A DNA stretch of 21,266 nt, taken from the NCBI GenBank assembly GCA_049517415.1, contig JBEKSC010000034.1, forward strand, positions 1 to 21,266, written 5' to 3'. Shown in pieces: positions 1 to 9,000 of this stretch. The stretch comes from Candidatus Bathyarchaeia archaeon. GTDB taxonomy: Archaea > Thermoproteota > Bathyarchaeia > 40CM-2-53-6. Numbering within the stretch: position 1 is the first letter of the stretch; each line of letters begins with the position of its first letter. Both the position numbers and the translations under genes were made by a program. Under the pieces are notes generated by a model. It was not told where the DNA came from, ran no database searches, and worked only from the letters and a program-made list of their open reading frames with translations.

Positions 1-144
1 CGACCAGACGAACTTCTTCCACCTCAACCAGAACATCAAACCTTCCCAACCCGCGAAGTGAATAACGCATCCTCCCGATTTGTGCATTATCAGAGAGGGC
101 TCTTCACTAGTCGCGCTTCTTCGGAATCGATGTAAGGTAAGCTT

Positions 145-239
145 TGGTGCGGCCGCCGGGATTCGGACCCGGGTCGTTGGCTTGGAAGGCCAATGGACGC
201 ATAAACGCAATGTCCTAGACCAGGCTAGACTACGGCCGC
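145..239 (-). tRNA. tRNA-Gly(TCC), intron-containing, encoded CCA
   Basis: The reverse complement reads GCGGCCG-TA-GTCTAGCCTGGTCTAGGAC-AT[intron]TGGC-CTTCCAA-GCCAA-CGAC-CCGGG-TCCGAAT-CCCGG-CGGCCGC-A-CCA. Anticodon TCC lies at 184-186. Confidence 0.95.
193..209 (-). other. 17-nt tRNA intron at non-canonical position (about 27/28)
   Basis: GGAC-ATT-GCG-TTTA-TGC-GTCC-ATT forms a 4-bp GGAC/GTCC helix with two 3-nt ATT bulges (BHB-like). Removing 17 nt restores the anticodon stem. Confidence 0.85.
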
Positions 240-394
240 ATGGTCTGCAAGACATGATAGTTTGCGCAAATAAGCCTTAACGGAGCCTCGAAGGGGGAAT
301 ATTCTAGCAATAACCAGAAGAACTCTTGTCCCATTTGCGATATTCCGTAAAACATTTGTCCATACGTGCGTGATCCATTTTACTGGGATATTAG

Positions 395-1600
395 TTGAAC
401 GACCTTGAAGACTTTGTAAACCAGGTGTTGAACGACCTCGGGTCTGATAAGAAGCTGAAATTATCAAATGGCGAAGCAGATTTCGAGAAAGTCGCCAATG
501 TGTTGTGGACGCTGAATCAATTCCTCTATGTAACGACCGATGAGCTAGAAGGTCCCTATTTATCCGCATTTCACCGCTTTTGGAAAAAGAATCACGAAAG
601 GCTACTTGACGTTCGAGTTGATGAGGGAAAATGCGAGTCGGTCGCGGAGACGCTGGAACATTGGTACGCCAATTGTGGTGACAAACTCCGACCGAGCGTG
701 AGTGGGGCGAAGTCGCTTTCTCCTCACCTAATCGCAAATGCGCGGTTTTTCACTGCGGTTCAGGACTTCACAATAAAACTTCGAAAATCTCCTTATGAAA
801 TTGCAAGTCGATGTCCGGAGCTTTTTGATGCGCGTCGAATAGTCGAAGATGAAGCAGTCGTTGATTCGTTGCTTAGAGAACTTGGGGCTGAGAGCCAATA
901 CGACAAACGGAGGAAGTATGCTAAGCTATGCGGAATGCTTCTGTTAGAGCGCTTTGATGGTAAAGCGCTGAATATTGCCGAAGAATTAGATCGGGACGCA
1001 GTCAGAATCAGAGACATGCTCATCAATCCCGAGAAGCGATACAACGGACTGGGATTTTCAGAAAAGAAGGCCAACATGCTGATTCGAGACCTATATGATC
1101 TCGGAGTATGGACCAAACTAACTGATCTTGAAAAGCTGAACGTCAGCAGCGATGCCAACACCATGCGAATCGCGCTAAGGCTTGGAATTGTGCGAACTCG
1201 GATTCCACTCATAACTAGTTATCTTGACGTGTACGGACTTCAGTATGAGGTAGTTGACCGAACAGTGTCGCAAGCTTGGAGGCAAACATGGAACATATGG
1301 GGCGGTATCCCTGAAAATCACAGAGTCGCTGCCCCTGCTTTCTTTGATTACTTCATCTATAGAATCGGCCAAATATGTTGCCGACCAAATAGGAGAGCAT
1401 GCGAAATTCCCTGCCGAGGATCTCGACTGCAAAAGCTTAGAGAACTTATCCCGATCACGGACGGTTACTGCCCCTTCAGAGGATTAGAGGACGAATCAAC
1501 GAAGATGCTGAATTCTCCTCGTGCAATTTCGATCTATGGAAGGACTGGCTGGGAAAGAGGCCGCACAAATATGGGTGGTGGTGGCGGTATCTCCTCCTGA
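395..1600 (+). CDS. HhH-GPD superfamily DNA glycosylase-like protein with C-terminal Cys cluster
   Basis: HhH-like GLGFSEKKANM; catalytic-Asp-like SSDANTMRIALRLG; C-X6-C-X3-C-X18-CPF; Gly-rich C-terminus. Confidence 0.7.
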   Translation: MNDLEDFVNQVLNDLGSDKKLKLSNGEADFEKVANVLWTLNQFLYVTTDELEGPYLSAFHRFWKKNHERLLDVRVDEGKCESVAETLEHWYANCGDKLRPSVSGAKSLSPHLIANARFFTAVQDFTIKLRKSPYEIASRCPELFDARRIVEDEAVVDSLLRELGAESQYDKRRKYAKLCGMLLLERFDGKALNIAEELDRDAVRIRDMLINPEKRYNGLGFSEKKANMLIRDLYDLGVWTKLTDLEKLNVSSDANTMRIALRLGIVRTRIPLITSYLDVYGLQYEVVDRTVSQAWRQTWNIWGGIPENHRVAAPAFFDYFIYRIGQICCRPNRRACEIPCRGSRLQKLRELIPITDGYCPFRGLEDESTKMLNSPRAISIYGRTGWERGRTNMGGGGGISS

Positions 1601-1616
1601 ACAGGCAGTCACGTTA

Positions 1617-2573
1617 TTACCACCATCTCGAGCTCAGTTTTAGTTCCTTCCTTTCTTCTTCTGACTCAGGCTTGCGAAAGACATAGAGATGTTCGTGAGC
1701 AATTTTGTAGAAATCGAGCTTTGAGCTACGCCAACGTTCTCGGGTGGTCTTTGTCTTCCACTGGCGTTTGATTATGTCTTCTCGTAGAATAAACCCTGAC
1801 TCGAGAAATTGTTGAAGAACACGGTACGCTATTGGAACGTAGTGCTTATGCTTTCTAGTGTCGCCAATTAGGATTGCGCAATGTTTTCCAGGTCTTATGA
1901 CACGGAACGACTCATCAGCAACCTCTCGAATCGCTTTAAGGAAATCGCTCAGCTTTCTCAGCGCTGAAATATCTCCCAGTACGCGGGGAGCGTACGGGAT
2001 TATGTACGCATAAGGAGGATGCGTTGCGATTAGGTCAACGGATTCGTCCTTTAGAGCGTCTAACCTCCTTGCATCGCCTACATAAGTCTCGATCAAGGTG
2101 CTGTGATGCTTGGCGTCAAGAGTTTCGAAGGAAAAGTTCAGCCTATCCAAGGAAACCATTATCGAGTCGCGGTTGATGTCGACGCCAATTGCATTTCTGC
2201 CCAGCAGCTTGCATTCGACAAGTGTAGTACCGCTGCCGCACATTTGATCGAGTACCATTTCTCCGGCGCTCGTGTATCTTTGAATTAGATTTCTAGGAAT
2301 GTATGGGGACCAGTTGCCGCGATAGTTTCCGACGTGCGTTGCCCAGCTCCCACGGTCTGGAAAACTCCAGACGGTTTCGGTTTCGAATACGTAATCCTTG
2401 GGAGGGCCAAAACTGGAAATGTCCCAAGGCTTCCCGATTTGAACCTTGGCATCTTCGATCTGGATTTCCTTGCCTCGCCGAATGAACTGGGTGTAGTCAC
2501 GGGCTGTTACCTGTTCCATAGAACGGTAGGCTTGCTTGGTCTCCAACATACCTCGAGCGATCCTCTGCGTCAA
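1617..2573 (-). CDS. SAM-dependent amino-methyltransferase (N4C/N6A DNA methylase family; Trm11-like fold)
   Basis: Motif I DQMCGSGTT precedes motif IV THPPY; GNWSPYIPRNLI and HEHLYVFRK motifs. Start codon is uncertain. Confidence 0.85.
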   Translation of the reverse strand: MTQRIARGMLETKQAYRSMEQVTARDYTQFIRRGKEIQIEDAKVQIGKPWDISSFGPPKDYVFETETVWSFPDRGSWATHVGNYRGNWSPYIPRNLIQRYTSAGEMVLDQMCGSGTTLVECKLLGRNAIGVDINRDSIMVSLDRLNFSFETLDAKHHSTLIETYVGDARRLDALKDESVDLIATHPPYAYIIPYAPRVLGDISALRKLSDFLKAIREVADESFRVIRPGKHCAILIGDTRKHKHYVPIAYRVLQQFLESGFILREDIIKRQWKTKTTRERWRSSKLDFYKIAHEHLYVFRKPESEEERKELKLSSRWW

Positions 2574-2750
2574 CCCTATCGTCCCAGCTTTTAACGATCA
2601 TCCTAAACAGGTGATGCCCTGTAGAAGACTGCGGTAGTTTCCCTGCGCGATATAACACAGAGTAGTTCCTGGTCGTTTTTACTGAAATCCATTTGTCATC
2701 ATTATAACGAGGCTAGATCTGTGGCGAGGTATATCGTTAGAGTGCAAGCG

Positions 2751-2810
2751 CTGAGTTCAGGAGACACGGCGTGGGTACTCGCAGCTACGGCTCTTGTGAT
2801 GATTATGACT
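2751..2810 (+). pseudogene. amtB: amtB 5' fragment (LSSGDTAWVLAATALVMIMT)
   Basis: 56/60 nt identical to 4013-4072. The start codon position reads GCG and a stop follows shortly after. Confidence 0.9.
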
Positions 2811-3016
2811 TCTACTTGACGCCGGCGTTGCTTCTTGTGCTCAGCGACCTTGTAGATGGTCACCGGCGACTAACTACATTGTCAGGGGGCATGACGTCCG
2901 GGAGGCCCTACCCATTCACCAACATTGGTGCGGCTGTGGTCACAATTAAGACACCGGTTGCAAATGCGTAGTTGGCTACCGTTGATGAACCCGGTGGCTA
3001 TCCCGAAGAAGCGCCC

Positions 3017-3457
3017 TCAGCTGTGATTTTGGGCGGATCCTAGAACTCGATTTAGAGTGGTGATAAACGAGTCAACCTCTTGCGTTGACATTCCATTGAT
3101 CGCTCTTTCTACGAACTTGTCATGAATCCTCGAAGCTCGCTTATACTTCTCGCCGCCCTTTCCAGTTATGGCGACGTTAACTGCTCTTCTATCTGCGTCG
3201 CTTCTGACACGTCGAACAAGGCCCGCTTCTTCCACTCGGTCGACAACCATTGTCATGCCGGGAGCCGTCATCCCCTGTTCCGTCGCAAGCGTTACCATCA
3301 GTTGCGGTCCTGTTTCGAAGAGAACTCTCAAGACTCGGAACTCTGCCAGAGACAATTTGGTCTCGGAGAGGTTACTTTCGACGAGTTTATTCCATCTCCT
3401 AAAACCATCTGTTAACGCGCGTCCAACGTCAAACTTTGAGACACCAGTTTGCCGCAT
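3017..3457 (-). CDS. MarR family transcriptional regulator
   Basis: LSLAEFRVL, VVDRVEEAGLVRR and DADRRAVNVAITGKG motifs; 146 aa. Confidence 0.92.
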   Translation of the reverse strand: MRQTGVSKFDVGRALTDGFRRWNKLVESNLSETKLSLAEFRVLRVLFETGPQLMVTLATEQGMTAPGMTMVVDRVEEAGLVRRVRSDADRRAVNVAITGKGGEKYKRASRIHDKFVERAINGMSTQEVDSFITTLNRVLGSAQNHS

Positions 3458-3740
3458 CTCGTTCCCTCGTAATGTGCCCGTAGCACCATAATTGCTACAA
3501 GCGGCCTGTTAGAAAGCTATCGACTTATTTCCGGCCGTAAATTCCACAGCTAAGAGAGCTAAAGGTTAGACAGTTAAGTTCTTCGTCAACCAAAAAAACG
3601 GAGGCCTAAGTCACCTTGAAGGATGACATTTGGACTGTTGCTAACCGACCTTGAACCGCTTTCCCAAAATCCCGCCAACCCTCCAAATTGTGCGTAATCT
3701 TGAGCAATCGTAAAGGCGTTCTAGCTGCTTTTAAAGGAAA

Positions 3741-3842
3741 GCAATTAATGGTTAAGTAATTAAACAATGATGTAAAAAATAATGAAAGAAACAAAAAAAT
3801 TATATTAATTATGCGATTAATGATTAAGGGAAGAAGTTTTCT
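3741..3842 (+). promoter_or_regulatory. AT-rich promoter region of the amt locus with possible operator sites
   Basis: A-rich tract and TTATAT near 3800. GGAA-N6-TTCT at 3829-3842 is one mismatch from the NrpR operator. AATGGTTAA at 3747-3755 is shared with the second amt upstream region. Confidence 0.45.
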
Positions 3843-3906
3843 CAGTTCCTGAAATGAGTCGTGACGGTAATATTCGACCATCCCACAGACTCACGTGTGG
3901 GCTGTT

Positions 3907-4008
3907 TTGGACGACGTGTTCTTGGCGAACAATCTCTGGGTGCTAATCTGCGGCCTCTTGGTGTTCGCTATGACGATCTCCGTTGGATTCCGAAGCTGGG
4001 GTGCTTGA
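3907..4008 (+). pseudogene. 33-aa ORF resembling the N-terminal TM1 of a different Amt subfamily (uORF or remnant)
   Basis: Translates MDDVFLANNLWVLICGLLVFAMTISVGF. A frameshift continues with EAG, matching the Amt GF(L)EAG motif. The stop ends 1 nt before the amtB ATG. Confidence 0.65.
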
Positions 4009-4009
4009 A

Positions 4010-5245
4010 ATGCTGAATTCAGGAGACACAGCATGGGTACTCGCAGCTACAGCTCTTGTGATGATTATGACTCCGGCCGTAGGCTTCTTTTATGGTGGCC
4101 TGGTCAGAATGAAGAATCTAGTTTCGACCATCGTTCAATGTCTAGCCATATTCGCTGCCATAAGCCTAGTTTGGGCAATATGGGGCTACAGTCTTGCACT
4201 TGGAGGAAACTCAATTGCAGGAATAATCGGAAATCTATCCGACTTCGGGTTGGCCAACGTCGGAGTCGCACCCAACTTAGCCTATGCCCCTACGATTCCG
4301 GAAGTACTCTATGTGGCTTTTCAGCTCAAATTCGCTGCAATCACTCCCGCCCTAATCATCGGAGCGTTTGCTGAGAGAGTTCGCTTTAAGTCACTCTTGA
4401 TTTTCGTTGTATTGTGGACTACCTTCATCTATGTTCCAGTCGTGCACTGGATCTGGGCCGTGGGTGGTTGGTTAAGGGTACTGGGGGTCGTTGACTTTGC
4501 TGGAGGCCTGGTTGTTCACGAGACGGCTGGAGTGTCAGCGCTTGCTGCAGCATTATTCATCGGCAGACGAAGGGACGTGAGCCCGCGCAAGGAGATTAGG
4601 CCCAACAATATTCCCTTCGTGATTTTGGGGGCAGCAATACTGTGGTTCGGTTGGTTTGGTTTCAACGCCGGAAGTGCTCTCGCGGCAGACGGTTTAGCTG
4701 CTAACGCTCTGCTTGTGACAAATCTCGCAGCTGCGGCGGGTGCGATGAGTTGGATGATTACTGACTGGGTTAGGAAAGGCAAGCCGTCGGCGGTCGGCAT
4801 CTCTGTTGGAGCAGTCTGCGCGCTAGCGACGATAACCCCAGCTTCCGGGTATGTCGGACCAATGGCGTCCATCATAATAGGAGCCGCGGCGGGTATCGTT
4901 TGTAATTTTGTGGCGGGTTGGCGCGCAAGGACGCGACTTGATGATTCGCTGGATGTATTCGCCTGTCACGGTGCAGGCGGGATCTTGGGGTCAATAGCGG
5001 TGGGGATCTTTGCGTCTACTGCCATTAATGCGGCTGGCCCGAACGGGTTGCTGTATGGGAATATGTATCAGCTGATAATACAAGTATTCGGAGTAGTTGT
5101 CGTAGGATTTTTCGCCTTCGTCGGAACATACGTGCTGCTAAGAGTAATCAATGTCTTCACACCCGTGAGAGTTAGTCCAGAGGATGAAGATGCAGGCCTC
5201 GACATAACCCAACTTGGCGAAGAAGCGTACACAAACACTCAGTGA
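4010..5245 (+). CDS. amtB: Ammonium transporter AmtB (copy 1)
   Basis: DFAGG, WFGWFGFNAGS, twin His (VHETAG, CHG) and DDSLDVF. Start placed at ATG 4010 by comparison with copy 2. Confidence 0.97.
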   Translation: MLNSGDTAWVLAATALVMIMTPAVGFFYGGLVRMKNLVSTIVQCLAIFAAISLVWAIWGYSLALGGNSIAGIIGNLSDFGLANVGVAPNLAYAPTIPEVLYVAFQLKFAAITPALIIGAFAERVRFKSLLIFVVLWTTFIYVPVVHWIWAVGGWLRVLGVVDFAGGLVVHETAGVSALAAALFIGRRRDVSPRKEIRPNNIPFVILGAAILWFGWFGFNAGSALAADGLAANALLVTNLAAAAGAMSWMITDWVRKGKPSAVGISVGAVCALATITPASGYVGPMASIIIGAAAGIVCNFVAGWRARTRLDDSLDVFACHGAGGILGSIAVGIFASTAINAAGPNGLLYGNMYQLIIQVFGVVVVGFFAFVGTYVLLRVINVFTPVRVSPEDEDAGLDITQLGEEAYTNTQ

Positions 5246-5403
5246 ATCAACACGCGCGTCCCTCTGTCTGGAACTAGGTCCACATGGTTAGGGGATGTAC
5301 GCTAGCTTCTTCGCAGGTGCAGATTTATTGGAGAAGGCCTCCAAAACCAAGCAAACACGTAAACTAAGATACCGCGGACCGCCTGCACTGTAACCGGTTA
5401 GAT

Positions 5404-5922
5404 ATGGCCACACTAGGAAAGGATGAACTTCTCAAGTTAATCGAAAGCGGAATCCTAAGAATTGAACCATTTAGGAAGGAGCAAGTCGGCCCCGCTTCCA
5501 TCAACCTTCACTTAGGCGACAGCTTTCGCGTCTTCGAGAAGACTCGGGACGTTTTCCATGTGCGTGAGGATGCGGATTACAAGCAGCTCACTAGGGCTGT
5601 GAAAGTGGAGCAGAACGGATCGTTCTTGATCATGCCGAACGAACTTGTGGAAGGCATAACGGAGGAAACTCTCACCCTCCCTCCCACCCTGAGCGGCCGG
5701 ATCGAGGGGCGCTCACGCTTCGCACGCCTGGGCCTCCTAATCCACCTAAGCAGCGGTTTCATTCAACCAGGAAGCACGGGCAGAGTAGTTCTGGAGATTC
5801 TGAATGTCTCACCGCTACCATTAGCACTGCATCCGGGGACAGAGATCTGCCAAGTGATCATCGAAGAAGCCCGCGGCGCAACAAAGTACACAGGAATATT
5901 TGCTGGACAAAACGCTCCGTAG
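5404..5922 (+). CDS. dcd: dCTP deaminase
   Basis: PASINLHLG, GRSRFARLG, GFIQPG, VLEI and ICQ motifs. Confidence 0.92.
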   Translation: MATLGKDELLKLIESGILRIEPFRKEQVGPASINLHLGDSFRVFEKTRDVFHVREDADYKQLTRAVKVEQNGSFLIMPNELVEGITEETLTLPPTLSGRIEGRSRFARLGLLIHLSSGFIQPGSTGRVVLEILNVSPLPLALHPGTEICQVIIEEARGATKYTGIFAGQNAP

Positions 5923-5976
5923 AATAATAGTTATAATTATAATTATAATAATAATTACTATTGGAATGGTTAACCA
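5923..5976 (+). promoter_or_regulatory. AT-rich TATAAT repeat tract plus TGGTTAACCA palindrome upstream of second amtB
   Basis: (TATAAT)x3 is bracketed by AATAGT/ACTATT; the palindrome lies at 5967-5976. Confidence 0.5.
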
Positions 5977-6024
5977 AATATACAACCATCCGTGTTACGC
6001 ACGGCCCAACTTGGTGCCTCAGAT

Positions 6025-7245
6025 ATGTTGAATTCAGGGGACATTGCGTGGGTTATCGCCGCCACAGCACTCGTAATGATTATGACGCCCGCCCTCGGTT
6101 TCTTCTACGGCGGGCTCGTTAGAAGGAAGAACCTCGTATCCACAATCGTCCAGTGTCTAGTTATATTCGCACTCGTGAGCGTCATCTGGGCGCTCTGGGG
6201 CTACAGCCTCGCCCTCGGCCCATCCGTCAGCGGGATAATTGGCAGCCTAGCCGACCTCGGGCTCAATAACGTGGGGACGGCGCCGAACCCAGGATACTCC
6301 TCAACCATTCCTGAACTACTCTACTTTGCGTTTCAGTTGAAGTTCGCCGCAATCACACCCGCCTTGATTATCGGCGCGTTCGCGGGCCGAATCCGGTTTA
6401 AGGCTCTCCTAATCTACATCACCCTCTGGACCACCTTCGTCTACTGCCCGATCGCACATTGGAATTGGGCCGTGGGCGGCATCCTGAAGTCATTAGGGGT
6501 GATCGACTTCGCAGGCGGCCTAGTCGTCCACACATCAGCCGGAATATCTGCAGTCGCCGCAGCACTGGTGCTTGGCAGGAGCAGGGACGCAGGTCGGAAA
6601 CAAGCGCTGCCGAACAACGTACCCTACGTGATGTTGGGCGCATCGATACTCTGGTTCGGTTGGTTCGGTTTCAATGCTGGGAGCGCACTCGCCGCTAACG
6701 CATTAGCTGTAAACGCTTTGGTAGTGACGAATCTCGCCGCCGCAGCAGCCGCGTTAAGTTGGATGTTCACTGATTGGGTTAGGAAAGGCAAACCTTCCGC
6801 TGTCGGGATCTCAGTTGGCGCAGTCTGCGGCCTCGTTGCCATCACTCCAGCTTCCGGCTACGTTGGGCCAATGCCTTCAATTATCATAGGTGCAGCCGCC
6901 GGAATCCTCTGCAACTACGTTGGGAGCTGGCGGGCCAGGACCACACTCGATGATTCGTTAGATGTATTTGCCTGCCACGGCGTTGGGGGAATTTGGGGTA
7001 CACTAGCCACCGGCCTGTTCGCGTCCACGGCAATCAACGCCGCAGGACCCAACGGCTTATTCTTCGGCAACCCAGCTCAGTTTGCAATCCAAGCACTAGC
7101 CTGCGTAATCGTTGCGGCATTCGCTTTTACTGGGTCTTACGTGATTCTGCGGGTTATCAACGTCTTCACGCCCGTGAGGGTCAGCCCGAAGGAGGAAGAC
7201 GCTGGCTTAGACATGACCCAGCACGGCGAAGAAGCATACGCCTAA
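6025..7245 (+). CDS. amtB: Ammonium transporter AmtB (copy 2)
   Basis: Same Amt motifs as copy 1 and a close paralog of it. ATG 6025 has GGTG upstream. Confidence 0.97.
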   Translation: MLNSGDIAWVIAATALVMIMTPALGFFYGGLVRRKNLVSTIVQCLVIFALVSVIWALWGYSLALGPSVSGIIGSLADLGLNNVGTAPNPGYSSTIPELLYFAFQLKFAAITPALIIGAFAGRIRFKALLIYITLWTTFVYCPIAHWNWAVGGILKSLGVIDFAGGLVVHTSAGISAVAAALVLGRSRDAGRKQALPNNVPYVMLGASILWFGWFGFNAGSALAANALAVNALVVTNLAAAAAALSWMFTDWVRKGKPSAVGISVGAVCGLVAITPASGYVGPMPSIIIGAAAGILCNYVGSWRARTTLDDSLDVFACHGVGGIWGTLATGLFASTAINAAGPNGLFFGNPAQFAIQALACVIVAAFAFTGSYVILRVINVFTPVRVSPKEEDAGLDMTQHGEEAYA

Positions 7246-7248
7246 ACA

Positions 7249-7268
7249 GCCCATCCTTATGGGTGGGC
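7249..7268 (+). terminator. Hairpin directly after the amtB stop
   Basis: GCCCATCC-TTAT-GGGTGGGC; no U-tract follows. Confidence 0.35.
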
Positions 7269-7759
7269 ACACTCAATCATTGTGTACGCTGGCCAATACA
7301 TTCGCACAGAAGTAGACACTATCCCCTATGCCTAGGAAATTGAATATCCAATCTAACGTAAGAAAACGCCCACAAAAGGAAAACAGGCCAGTTCCAGTGG
7401 AACCGGCTAGCAGACCCCGCTTCAGCGGGTTTATGCCACGTAATCGGAAGTGTCCTTTACCTCGCTAGCTTCGTGTCCAATCTTCATCTTTACCTTGCGT
7501 TTCTTCGCCAACCTAATTCACCTCCACCAATTAAGGCAAAGTTAAGGTGCTCATGGTATTTAACACGGCTTGGAGAAAAAAGGCAAAAGGGCGAATGTTC
7601 CACATTTCTACCAAAGCGAACCTTAGAGCCATTCCCGTTCCATGATTCATGGAGGTCATCAAGATTGCTGAGTCAGCTTGAACAAAAAGAGCCCACGGAC
7701 ACCCGGTGTGTAAGCATATGCATAAGCGCAACACACCACCCACATACATGGGTGCTCAC

Positions 7760-8098
7760 TTGAAACGTAACGTCCTGTTCATTTGTACCGCGAACCTTCA
7801 ACGGAGTCCAACAGCTGAGAGCCTCTTCCAGAATTGGGGAGGTAGCTTGGAGACGAAGTCTGCTGGCATCAACCCTGTGTCGGGAGGAACTCTTCTTACG
7901 CAGGAGCTAGTTGACTGGGCTGACTTGATTCTTGCAATGGAGGCGGTCCACGCTTACTATGTCACGGCTCACTTCAAGTGCGATTCAAGCAAAATAAGGG
8001 TCTTGGGTATTCGCGACCAATACTATCGTGACGACCCTGAACTGATTCAAGAACTGAAAGAGAAGATCGCACCAATCATAGATCATTTGTGCGGCTGA
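7760..8098 (+). CDS. Low-molecular-weight protein-tyrosine phosphatase / ArsC-like protein
   Basis: P-loop VLFICTANLQRS; SAG; WADLILAME. Start is TTG 7760 (GGTG SD) or ATG 7748. Confidence 0.88.
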   Translation: MKRNVLFICTANLQRSPTAESLFQNWGGSLETKSAGINPVSGGTLLTQELVDWADLILAMEAVHAYYVTAHFKCDSSKIRVLGIRDQYYRDDPELIQELKEKIAPIIDHLCG

Positions 8099-8173
8099 AA
8101 CCCACCTAGAGTGGGCATGATTTTCATTGGAATCGTATATATTCGGAGCCACTTATCGTGGCAAACGGGTGAA

Positions 8174-8950
8174 TAGTCTACGCCGCTCGCCGACATAGTT
8201 CAGGAGTCGCAGCGGGTTGTAGACGCCGCAGCCCAGAAGGGCATAGTGCTTAGGCTGTTAGGGGGTATGGCTATACGATTTCACTGCCCCAGCGCCACGC
8301 ACAGGTCCCTCGGACGAAAATACGTAGACATAGACTTCATGGCACTCCGGAAACAATCTCGTGACATAAAGAAACTGTTCGCGGAACTCGGCTATGTTCC
8401 TCGGGATAGGTTCAACGCTCTCCAAGGGGACAAGCGCTTGATCTTCAATGATATAGAGAACGAGAGACGTGTAGATATCTTCTTAGAAACCTTCGAGATG
8501 TGCCACAAATTCGACTTCAAGGATCGGTTAACCATCGATAATCCCACCATAACCTTGGCCGATCTTCTCGCGACGAAACTGCAGGTTGTGGAGATTACTG
8601 AAAGAGAGTACAGGGACGTTATGGCGCTGGTTAGAGACCATGAGGTTGGCGATTCTGACAAGCCAGAAACAATCAACGGTTCATACCTCGCACGACTCTG
8701 CGGCAACGACTGGGGGATCTACAAAACATTCACGATTAACATAAAGAACATACTCGACGCGCTGCCCAAGTACGAACTGGACACGGAGTCGATGGCCATT
8801 GTGCAGAAGAGGCTTGAAGACATCCAGAATCGAATAGAGAACGAGCCAAAATCAGTTCGCTGGAAGATCAGGGCAAGAGTGGGAGAGAAGGCCCAATGGT
8901 ACGAACTGCCCGAGCAAGACAAAGAAGTTATAGACTCTCGCGTCGGCTAG
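8174..8950 (+). CDS. Putative nucleotidyltransferase-fold protein
   Basis: LLGGMA...VDIDF (GG plus DxD). The frame is open back to 8177 and TAG occupies the expected start position at 8174. The first canonical start is GTG 8246. Confidence 0.7.
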
Positions 8951-9000
8951 ACAGATACTTCAGTACGCGCTATAGAGCCTTAACTATCGGCGCGACCTAG

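Noticed and set aside
1..87. Possible minus-strand gene start running off the window
   Set aside because: Two frames (ATG 70 and ATG 87) are both open and too short to choose between or assign.
2751..4072. Diversity-generating retroelement TR/VR pair (all mismatches at A)
   Set aside because: Only four A/G transitions, mostly synonymous, and no reverse transcriptase in the window. Ordinary paralog divergence explains it.
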